A stretch of DNA of 52,807 nt, the filler included, from Dimargaris cristalligena (taxonomy: Eukaryota): assembly GCA_003614675.1 (NCBI GenBank). It is 2 parts of 2 records of this genome, joined end to end, with 100 filler letters (N's around TTAATTAATTAA, not from the genome) between each part and the next. Parts side by side here need not be neighbours in the genome. Positions count along the whole stretch, not along the records: positions 1 to 26,385 come from ML002542.1; positions 26,486 to 52,807 come from ML002543.1. One strand, given 5' to 3'. A program made the position numbers and the translations under genes. The notes beneath the pieces are model-generated. The model did not search any database and was not told the DNA's origin. It saw only the letters and a list, made by a program, of their open reading frames with translations. Positions 23,859-34,512 of this stretch are shown piece by piece. Each line of letters starts with the position of its first letter. Positions within the stretch are counted from its first letter, which is position 1.

Positions 23859-24553
23859 AAGTGGAATACACCCCCCCCCCCCATATCAGGGACTTATTTA
23901 TATGCTAGGGGGTTGCATAACTTGAATCTATTTATTTATGGCTTGGGCCTAGATTAAGTATCTCGATTAGCACTTTATATTGTACATGTTATATAATCAG
24001 GCATTTTTATTTTTTATTTTATTTTGTAAATAATTATTAGCTAACCCACTTGAAATAAATTAGTATACTGCATTCAATATCAGGTGGGCTAACACCGTGG
24101 ACTATTAAGGGCCATAAACGAGTCCCAGTTTTAATATAACTATCGTAATGCCCATATCCCGAGTATTATCTAATTAGTGGTTGTCTTTGCCAGTGTTAGC
24201 CAGCTGACTTCCCCTCAGTACCGTACCCCCAGACACACGCACACACAGAGCCGTCTCCTCTCCATCACCCACTGCTAACCCTTTCTTACTCTGGCCCCGG
24301 GTATATTATATTGAGGCGATTTTTATATATAGGACATCCATTACCGATTAGCTATATAATGTCTTCCACAATGATTGCACCGGATAAAGTGGACTCGCAG
24401 GTAGCCTTAGCTAAAAACTCGAACAATGAATGTATGGGCAGAGCGGGGATGGGAAGGGGGCTATATAATTCTAAACGCAAATAAAAATGTGTATTTAACG
24501 ACATTTGTTAATTCAAGTTTTTTTATTGGTCAGGCTGAGCTGACAATATATAT

Positions 24554-24850
24554 CTATTTTTTTTTACAAGGGTCATGGGCCGCCTCCCAAGCCGATCTCA
24601 AAGGGCTGGCACACATAAATGGTCGGAAGAGTGCCTTGGTAAAAGCATTCGGTTTGACCTCCCCCGGCGGCTTGGAACTTTTAAAGGGGTTTAGTTTTGA
24701 CATTGTGCTCTTAATCCCCGGATGACGGCGGTGAATTAGCTGGGGCACCGGAGTGAGCGGAAGTGTCAACGCGTGGGTAAACGAAAGAACAGCTGCCAAT
24801 ACCAGAAGGGTGAGAACGATGCTCAAATTAAAGGGAACGTGGCGCAACAT
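24554..24850 (-). CDS. Small putative secreted cationic protein, 98 aa
   Basis: Hydrophobic N-terminus (LSIVLTLLVLAAVLSFTHA), short pro-like segment ending HRR, then a Lys-rich region with 2 Cys. No family recognised. Confidence 0.55.
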   Translation of the reverse strand: MLRHVPFNLSIVLTLLVLAAVLSFTHALTLPLTPVPQLIHRRHPGIKSTMSKLNPFKSSKPPGEVKPNAFTKALFRPFMCASPLRSAWEAAHDPCKKK

Positions 24851-26385
24851 GGGGGGGGCAGTGTGAGGGCAGGGTAGGGTCAAGTAAAGGGCCTACTGTA
24901 GATAATCCTGACAAATGAATAGAAATCGCTGGAAAAGGTCCGGGAAAAGGTTTGCTTGAAATATATAAAGCCAATTTTTTTTCCCAAAGTGGGTTGTGAG
25001 ATTGTGGAAATGCAAAAATTCAATGTAAAGGGTAATGTGTAAACGGTAGGGGAGGGGGGTGCATACGCCCTTTTAATGGTTTATGAAGCCCCCGGCTGCG
25101 GTGTTGTTTTTTTAGTGACATTGGGCTGATAAGCCAAAAGGTCTATAGGGCTATGTCGGCGTATTATTAGGCCCAAAGCGTAGCTGGTAGGGATTTGGGC
25201 ATAGGCCAGCCGTGTCCCATACCCATTGTGGGTTGATCACCCTTGGTTTACTTTTGGTTTTATAAAGGGAGGATTCACTTGTACTTTGAGGGGGGAAGGG
25301 CTAATTATTTTACCGTAATTACGGGCGTGTAAGGTTGATAGTCTTCCCTTGTGTAGAACAAGAGGAGGGGTGGGCCTTATTAAACTCATTTATATATATA
25401 TATGCGGCAGGAGTATCTCTCAAATGCGACCGTAGGGTGAGGCAAATCACACCGAGTCCAGATCGGCATCCGGTTCCACCAACGAAAACCCATCATTGGG
25501 TCTTTAGACTAAAAATCGCCCCCACCGGGTTGGCAACAATCAGACATAGCACAAATCTGCGACTAGGGGAACATTAGATATACAACGATTAATAGCTCAC
25601 ACTAACTCGAACTTTCTATGGCTCAATGAACTACTCATTTTGGGAGAGGGGCAAAGTAGTTGTAGAGTGCGAAAATACATTTTGTATGACTGTATCGCCT
25701 ACTTTCCTGTATCCATAACATTTACATTATTATACGGCAGTGTCGAACTTCACCCATACACACTTCAGGTTCCCCACCTGGTCCACAAATTAAGCAAGCT
25801 ATCCTATGTTTGGAGGCGAGGGAAGGGAGTAGAGTTCCGAATGTCGAATCCCAACCTAGCCATTTAGCAATACCGAGGGGTTATTATAAACGGATTAGCA
25901 AAAAATGTATAGGGAAGAGCTGTATTTAACTGTAGAATGGAGTATCAATGTACTAGGTCAAGTGCCGGAGGTTAACAGTTAAAGTTGCTCCTATTTTTAC
26001 ATATTCATTGTATTAGATATCCTATTTAATTAAACCATGTGCCATTAAAATAATTATTATTCAGTGTCACCTGAGTTAACCACTCTTAGTCTGTCCAGAT
26101 GTCACCCCTCCTAATCTGACCTAATCTGTCCACTAATGATTGCCATTATAGCAGGCTGTATAGCACCATAGTGTACCCCCAGTCCTAATGGGGCTGGACA
26201 TCAAATATATCATCTTACCAGCCGGACCCCCCCCCCGGATTTTGCACTACTCACTCCTAGGTGATCCTAGTGTCTTCCAGTTCCCATGGAAGCCTCCGCT
26301 CATACGAGGACCACCCAGCCCTCCCTATTGTTATCTTAGTTATGTAGTTCCCCCTCAGGACCTCCCTTGGAGTAGTCCCCCACAT

Positions 26386-26485
26386 NNNNNNNNNNNNNNN
26401 NNNNNNNNNNNNNNNNNNNNNNNNNNNNNTTAATTAATTAANNNNNNNNNNNNNNNNNNNNNNNNNNNNNNNNNNNNNNNNNNNN
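26386..26485. other. Artificial contig-join spacer
   Basis: 44 N + TTAATTAATTAA (stops in all six frames) + 44 N = exactly 100 nt. Confidence 0.95.
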
Positions 26486-26513
26486 TTTTATTTACGAAGT
26501 GTCGTTTATGTGT

Positions 26514-29500
26514 TCACTTTCCCCGTTGGCTTTGTTCCAACAGACAATAGAAAATAACACGGGCGCCGAGGGAATAGCCGACGAGGGTGATGGGGCGGTA
26601 CCCTTGGGCACGTTGGAGGAGAACGTCGGCCAAAATGGCGCCCACCTTACGGGTACGGTCCAATCCAATTGACCAGGGATTATCGACCAAGTACCCGATT
26701 TTGGCAAGCGTGAGCGGCCAGGTTAGTGCCGAGAGGAGGGAATGTAGCATCGTGTACTGCAGGATTTGGATGGTGGCGGTGGAGAGGACCTCTCCGGCCA
26801 GCATTTTGAGGATACTCCCTAATTCCCTAAGCATCTCGGGCTCAAAATAGAGGGCGTACTGGTCCCCTTCGAGTTCGTCAATCACCGAAAAGGGTAACGT
26901 GCCGTCTTCCGTGGAGGTCAGCCACCCCGGGATGGTCAACACCACACTCACACTTTTACGGTCCCGCACGGTGAGGAACTCAAATGTACTGATACCGCGG
27001 GTGCGCCGCTCCATTTTAATACCCGCCAGACTACTCCCGGCCAATGCGCCGCTCGTGGTGATTAAGGCGGCCCCACCGATGCTACCGAAGAAGGCGGTAG
27101 TTCCGCTAACTCCGAGGGTGGCGAAAGCTGCGCCTAAACCAGCCCCAATGGCCGGTGCTAAGAGACCGGTGGAAAGACCAAGGACGAGACCACCACCAAT
27201 GGTGGCGAGCCCCATGATTACCCAACGCCGCTTCCTTTCTTTGACGTTGTAGTGGTTGAGCCGATCGGCGTGGAGTTTCAGACTCTCGATGGTCGTCAAA
27301 TTCATGGCACTGCCCTTCTTACTCGTGGAGGATACTGTCCGTTCCCGACTGGGTGATTTAACCATAGGGCCACTACTGCTTCCACTGATGGGGGGTGTAG
27401 TCGGCGGGAGGTCGTTGCCTTCACCCTTAGGGCTGGCAAGGTCCGCCGTTTGACTGTCGTTGTCGTTGTCGTCGTCCCCGGCAGGGGGGCAGTCATCGTC
27501 CTGTCCCATATCGGCCATTTCAAATAACTTGAGCTGTTCGGTCAGGTTGTGTTCCAGGCGTAACACCTCCAACCAGTCCAGGTCCATACAGCCCGCCAGG
27601 CGACGCAAGAAATACCGGGCCCGCGCGTCGTACACATTGTCAGTGAGAAAAAGTAGGAACAGGTCCAAAATGATGGTCTTCTTAATATCGATGGTGATGC
27701 CGTCGGTTTTCTTGGGGGAGGGCTCCTTAGTCGGACTCGTTGAGGTGGAGTTGGGGGTAGATTCCTGGGGAGTGGGGGATGTTGAACCGGTTCGCGAGGT
27801 ATCATCTTGGTCGGCTAGGTCGGCATCTTTTTCTCCCTTCCCTGAGCCGGTTGGATCAGCTTCCTGGATATCTACTGAAGGGGGTCGGTAGTCGCTACTG
27901 GAATCCCTCGAAGCAGCCATGGTCGTGAGCGCCATAGTGGAGCTGGAGATCCCAAAATCCAGGGAGTCATCGAAGTCCTGGAACGGGTTAGTAGTTTGTG
28001 GTGAGGTAAATAGAGTTGAAGCACTAAACACCGGGTCCGCTGACATTTCGGGTGTCTTGAATGGGTCTATAGATGCGGCCAGGTCCCATTCATCAAAGGT
28101 GGGGGATTGAATGGAATGGGTATTAGCCAGGGGGGAGCTCAATGGGAGGTGGTTGGAGTTGGCCATCGATCGGCTACTGGGATCCGCCAAGGGGTTTGTC
28201 GAGGTCGAGCCAGGGAAATCAAAGGGATCTTCACTTTTCCATACGTCGCCAGCCCCGAAATTAACCGCCAGGTTGGATTGGCTGTCGTCGTGGATATTGA
28301 AGTTGACGGCAACGGGAGACCCCTGACCGAATACCAGGTCACGTTCAGTAGGGGCCTCATCGGTGACGACGGAAAGCTTTTGCTCGGATGTGACTGTGAT
28401 GGTTTCGCCCTCTGATACCAAGGAGCTGAGAAGGTCGCTTGTTCGAACATGGTGTCGCGACATTTGTTCGATCATCTTTTGCTCTAGAATTGGTGTAGAA
28501 TTATAACCGTGGTTTTGGGGGTGAGTGAACAGGGATAATTATATATACATATTCAAAGAGAATCGAGACGAGACTAAAAGTCGATGCTGTACCCCGTACG
28601 GAATTGTATGGCAGCCCCAGTGCTTTCTACACTTGTGCAAAAACAACGGCCGCAAAACACTCACAAATAAGCTATGCGGGTTTTCGAACTAGGGCGACAC
28701 CTCTGGTGTATAGTGTGTACAAATTAGCCGATGTTGGAAGGAATGTGAGGAGTATAAGCTTACCCGATTCGTCAAGTTGCATATGAGCGTATAGTTTCCG
28801 CATTGACTTCCGCACGAAATTTAAGTAACTGGAGGTGGCCAGCATGGCTTCCTTATGCTGCACATCGAGTCGGGTTTCCAACTCGATGAAAAGCAAGTAC
28901 ACCAACCCCACGTAGGCGATTTTCTGGCGTTCGCTTAGGATGCTTTGACTGGCCTGGAGCTGCTCCTCGCGCTCGGCCTCCACTAGTTTCCGGTGTTCAG
29001 TCAAGCCATTGGACTGGAGCTGCTGCTGCCGGACATGGGTAATGTCGTATTTGTTACTCGCCCCGCCGTCTTCACTGCCGGGCGGGGGCGTAGTCTTGCG
29101 GATGAGGGGCATGTCACTAACAAGGGGGGGAAGGGCCCCGACGGTGGGGGGCAGCACCGGACTGTCCGAAAGGTACAGCCCATTGGGGCCCGTGGCAGTG
29201 GTACGACGGGACCGGGCCGTAGTTCCAAAGTCGGTCTGACTTCCTGAGGCCTCCATGGAGCCATTACCGGGACCCCCTTTTTGAGAAGATGATGTGCCCG
29301 TAGGTGACTTGACCTTATTTTTCGAGGAACCACCCTTACGCTGGGAATTGGCAGCGGTCGGCATTTCCCCGACCATGGGGAGGTTGGCGGGTAAGGGCCG
29401 CAGGGATTTCAGATTGGATTGGTCAAATTTGAGGTCGAAATCGTAGTCCTTGCGGCGATCGAATTTATGACAGCCGGCCGACGGGGCTTGCAGGGCGGAT

Positions 29501-29622
29501 AGAGCGGGGTGTTTGGAACCAAAGGCGACCGGGACCGAGTCTCGCTGGCCCTGCGAGTCGGGCGAAGACAGTCTGGGAGGCCCCAATGAGACATTAGATT
29601 CCGTCCGTTTGCGATTGAACAT
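26514..29622 (-). CDS. DUF726 / TMCO4 / Mil1-like membrane alpha/beta-hydrolase; exons 29622-28764 and 28483-~26514, 3' end cut by the contig end
   Basis: Phase-1 intron GTAAGC...CTAG gives LDES/EQKMIEQM. Motifs YDARARYFL, GLATIGGGLVLGLSTGLLAP, VDNPW, RPITLVGYSLGARVIFYCL. The ORF stops ~30 nt from the contig end, before the expected C-terminal part. Confidence 0.88.
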
Positions 29623-31668
29623 GGACGGCGGTTATTGGAGAGTGGAGTGGGGGGAGGCGGGGAAGTCGTAGGTGGGATAAAATTAACAATGGTGGGAAGG
29701 AGGGCCCCGTGGGAGGTCAATAAAAATATTACAGAAAGGGGATATTGGCTAAAGCAATCGGTGAAATGGGTCAAGGGCGGGAAGATGAATAAGGGCTGGT
29801 TTGTTAAAAAAATATGGGCAGGCGGAGAGTGGAATGCACAAGAGTAGGTTTAGCGAACACAAAGAGCAAATACAAGTGTGACTGGGAAGCACCGATGGTC
29901 GGTAAAAAGCCAACGGGGTAATTATACTAATCATAGATAGCCAAGGACAGCTCCCCTTAAGTATAGGTGGTTTGGTTTCTTTAAGCAGCTTAGTCAGAGG
30001 TTTAATAGTAGCAATCAAGAGGAGAACAGGCGGTTGCGGCTCCTAGGGAATGCGGAAACTGGGAAAGAGGCGATAAGTCCTAGAAAAGAGAGAAAGAGAG
30101 TCATACGTAAGAGACTATACTCCCTCCTAGGACCAGGAGAAGGGGACTGAAACACACGGCCGTGAGTGGTGTGATGATCCAGACCTATTTACATTATATA
30201 CTATTGGCTGCGTCACACTCGCAGGACCCTAAATATAGCTAGTGGGTTGTTGTGTTCTCTGCAGGATTCGAATGAAGAAACTTACTACTGTTTGACTAGG
30301 TAGGTGCAAGAGGTGGTGGCGCTATATATATATTGTAGACAAGTAGTTAATTAGTTGACCGGAATAAAGTTCATGCCACTGGCACTGTGGCCCATAATTC
30401 AATCAGCGCCATTCGACAATCCGCACCCCTCCCACCAATAGAGCCTGGCTTTAGGACAATCACCAAAACATCGAACATTATTACATTCCCCCCTAATTAT
30501 AGCCCGGCTATTCGGTCGCCCACAGCCTTATCCGATAGCACATTAGTTAGCTATTTTTATTTTCCGTACAATAATCCTTTTAAATGCTGCTGCCAATAAT
30601 TATTGCCAGGTGGTGCCATCAGTTAGGATTCTTTACGACTACTTCACGGCAGCTTGGGGCGCCTAGTCGACCATTCGAAGACCTTTTCACTGGGAAAAGG
30701 GGCTTAATTTAACCCCCACCTACCTATGTTTTCGGCATCCCTGTTACTAAACTACAAAAAAATATAGCGAAAAAAAGATCTGTAGGGCTACTAAGAGCAA
30801 AAGACATCTCATATATTAAAACTATTATACTGAGAGTCCATATCCCGGGTAGCGAGCCGGAGAGCTATTTTTTTACATTCTATAGCACCCTTCCCTATGA
30901 CATATTGGCCCTTTTTCCAGTCGTTGGTGTCTCCAAATCAACCACTATCACTGCCAGTCGAAGTGCATGTGAGGGGGCTAAACCATTACGTATTAGATAA
31001 ATGTCACTGGCTATGGATCACCACTACTATATAATAGAGGGCTCTATATTTCAGCCAAGTCACCAGTCTCCATTACATGTCTTTATGAGAAGAGCACCCT
31101 CCCAGGCAAGCAAATGCATTTTTACTCATAAAACCACTCTGACCAATTTACTCCCCTTTTCCCCTCTTATCCCTTCATCTCCCTCGAGCCCTTCTGCCCA
31201 GGGGGATAACAAAGAAATGGTTCCGATCAGTTGATGCGCCAAAGGTCCTTTCATCTGAATCGCCGCTCTGGTCTGGGCCGTTGCCTGTTCCCTTTTCCCT
31301 CCCGCCCCCTGCGCCCGATTTTCATGTATTTAATATCTATACATGGCCCCAACATATGCCCAGTAGGACATGTCCAGGCATATTATACAACCCCCCCTCC
31401 CTTCAGCCAATTTGCCTATAAATACCACCTGTATTTCCTAAGCGACTGCTTTCTCACTTGCTTTATAGTATCTTAGTTATATCCCGTACCATCTTTCTCC
31501 GGGCATTGCCATCATATATTATTATTTTTTTGAAAATCTGCCTTCCCCTGGGACAGCTCTCCGACTTCTCTCCTGTACCATATAGTTTACCATGCAACTC
31601 CACCGCCCCCTTTTATTCTGCAGTTCCCACTTTCATAACCATTGCACCCCTATTTGGCCTACTCCATT

Positions 31669-31800
31669 ATGCAATCTATCATCTTACTGGCTCTGCCCTG
31701 TACCATCCTATTGGTAACGTTTGCCACCCTAGTCCCCCCCCAGTGCTCTGTCCATGCCAGCATTCCAACTGAACTATGGAAAGACATCGGCTCAATTTAA
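31669..31800 (+). pseudogene. 43-codon signal-peptide ORF with a partial F-box-like motif (micropeptide or truncated relic)
   Basis: MQSIILLALPCTILLVTFATLVPPQCSVHASIPTELWKDIGSI*; TATAAATA at 31417-31424 and a CT-rich leader upstream. Confidence 0.3.
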
Positions 31801-33384
31801 AATGACCGTCCGCTCCAGCAAAGGCTTTAACCCGAACGGTTAGACCACCAACTATGGTCCCCTCCCCATCGCTAGCCATTCCTAATATATTCGATAAACT
31901 TTCGAATAGCCACGGAACTCCTCACGCCCTTCCCGAATGAAATGCTTCTTTACAAATAGTCCATACGGCATCCAGCACCACATTCGTTCAGTATTCGCAT
32001 TACCCCAGTTGCATTAATTATTTCATATTCCCTGGCATACCTGTGGACCTGCACAGTTCTATCGACTTCGACTTTCCGATCACTTCCAAATGTAACCTGT
32101 TCTCTTCTATTATTTATTATTTTTGGCTGGAATGTGAAGGTTGCCTCGACAGGATTTCTTGGCGAGTGAATGCCTAATCCGGTATGCTCTTCATTAAAGC
32201 ATCACCGGCCCTTGTTTCTTGCCCTCCGACTTTAAGAATACATTATAGTATATTCCACCATTAAACCATGTATCGTCTTTTTTCTATGAATAGTGTCTAA
32301 GTGTTATGTACTTTGCGTTTGGTTTGCTAGTAGGGTCTCAAAGAATTGTTGCGAGGTGAGTGGAAAGTGACGAAGGTTTGAATACAGTATGGGGTTTCTG
32401 TTAAAAACCCACGTCAACAAAACTAAAATGGCTAAAACGGAATACCACTCGACTCATTAATAATAGCGACTTTCAATTACGTACCCACAGCTTCATTCAC
32501 ATACACAGGCCTCTATACTTTAGCTGCCATTCAGCCCGTTCAGGCCCCGGCCACCATTTTAAAGGCCTCCCGATAAGGGCATGGAGGTTCACTATTAAGT
32601 TGTGGGTCCTCCGATCAGTTAGGTCACGAAGTATTGCCGTCGAAATGGACGAACAACATGCCGACTCGGCAGGTTCCTTGACCTTCGAGTATGAACCAGT
32701 TGATAGCCTTGCATTCTTATAATGGAAGAATGCCGAGGATTAAAGACATCCAATTGCATAACCGCCAGCCTACCAATCAGTGTCCTTCGGCACTATAGTC
32801 GCTCAGGTAAACTCACATATTGTCTCCGTTTGTCAAAGGGCCGGGAAAGCAGACTACGGGCATTTTGGTTCGTAATAGCTGATAGCGTACCTATAGGCCC
32901 ATCGCCACCACAATCTACATATTCGCATTGTAGCCTGGATGGATAACCCGCCTACTCGGTGATGATTGGGTACTATAAACCCTCAAATTATCAACTAATC
33001 GAAAACTGCCATAAATAATGTTTCTTCACCCCCCTCCCGAAAAAAAAAGCTATTCCCTCTCCAATGTAAAAATAATGAACAATGGCGAACGGAGAGACAA
33101 TCCATTGAATCCCCTGCCAGGCCAATGGTACATTGCTCTCTGCCTATCCGCTTGTCCGTCATCCCTTTTGCGCAATTTTCTCTGTGCATCAAGTCCTGTG
33201 TTTTTCACTCGGCAGTCCGTAACTCGACCGCCTGGCCCCACACGAGTAAAAGACACCTTAAATTAAACCCTTAATATGCAGTATATATATTTACAGATAC
33301 AATGTTTAATAACCACCTAGTTCAGCGATAGAGGGGATCATCTGAATCGTACCCCGTACCCAAATAATCATGAGAATAGGGAGC

Positions 33385-34512
33385 CTAAGCGTTGGACCTG
33401 AATGTGATCAAAATAATAGTAGAGGTATGCCTGGAGTTTCTCTCCTCCATTGGGTTAAAAATACCCGAAACATTGGGCTCCAAATCTAAGTCGTATAAGG
33501 GGGCCACTACCGCTGCAGGAGGTGGGCTGGGTAGGGAATTTATGGTGAGAGGGTGAGTGGCCATTTCTGGTTTGCGACCGGAGTGTTTTCTCTTGGACTG
33601 GCATTTGGGCTGCTTCACATCCATCATGGCGTAGATAAACCCGGGGAATGGAATGATTTCTTGGCGGTAGGTGGATATCATGGCGGGGTGAAAAAGCAAA
33701 GTGATCAGGTTCAAAACCCCTTGCAGCGTAAAAAGCAGTACCTGCAGGTAATCCAAGGCGGACGAAGCGGGGCCCGACTGAAACGACACCACGAGGGTAT
33801 TCACCGCATAGGGTAAATAGACAACGAACAGCATAACGGGGTAGGCCACGACCTTGCTGGCGTTTTGGATGAGTGCTGTGCGCCGGGTACCACACTCGGG
33901 ATCAAGTATCAGCTTGTTGATCCGATTCCGCGACTGGTATAGAGTAAAAAAGATGGCAATCACAACGGCCAAGACGTATAAAATGGCGGTATATAGCCAA
34001 AGGCACTTCCAACTGATATAAAACTGGAAGGCCATTTTCGAGTCGAGGGATACGGAGATGGAACTGCCTATTTTAAACCGCGCCCCTGGTAATATCAGGT
34101 ACCAGAAACTAACGAAAAAGGCCATCCCGGTTGCGATGTAGGGATACCAGGTGCGAATACGGGCCTTGGGAGGTAGGTGGTGGAAAATAACCAAGTGCAT
34201 ATCTAGCGCAATCATGACGTTGAGGCAGACGACCCACATGTGGCTGAACATATGGTACCACATAAAAAACCGGGCGGACTGGGGACCTGAGGGGGCGTGG
34301 GCCCCGAATGTGAGGGGATTCGTGAAGTAGCTGTCGATGAGGACCGGGAAATCGGCTACGCTAATCCAAAGGGCTAGGGAAAAGAATGGGGAGTTCGCGG
34401 CGGCGGGTTTCTTACTTCGTACCCGCAATATAAGTACAATGGATATAAAACTGCATAGGATGGACAAGGATGTCAACAGTTCGTAAACTATGTGAAAGGT
34501 CTGGTCCCTCAT
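33385..34512 (-). CDS. Seven-transmembrane GPCR-like protein (Git3/cAMP-receptor-like), 375 aa
   Basis: Seven hydrophobic segments; ISVADF in TM2, IALDMHLVIF at the end of TM3, AYPVMLFVVYLP in TM6, QGVLNLITLLFHP in TM7. Confidence 0.8.
   Translation of the reverse strand: MRDQTFHIVYELLTSLSILCSFISIVLILRVRSKKPAAANSPFFSLALWISVADFPVLIDSYFTNPLTFGAHAPSGPQSARFFMWYHMFSHMWVVCLNVMIALDMHLVIFHHLPPKARIRTWYPYIATGMAFFVSFWYLILPGARFKIGSSISVSLDSKMAFQFYISWKCLWLYTAILYVLAVVIAIFFTLYQSRNRINKLILDPECGTRRTALIQNASKVVAYPVMLFVVYLPYAVNTLVVSFQSGPASSALDYLQVLLFTLQGVLNLITLLFHPAMISTYRQEIIPFPGFIYAMMDVKQPKCQSKRKHSGRKPEMATHPLTINSLPSPPPAAVVAPLYDLDLEPNVSGIFNPMEERNSRHTSTIILITFRSNA

Noticed and set aside
26430-26441. TTAATTAATTAA palindrome
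   Set aside because: Synthetic linker, not biological.
30252-30272. Minus-strand TTCGAATCCTGCAGAGAACA, like a tRNA T-arm and acceptor 3' half
   Set aside because: No matching 5' T-stem, D-arm or anticodon arm.
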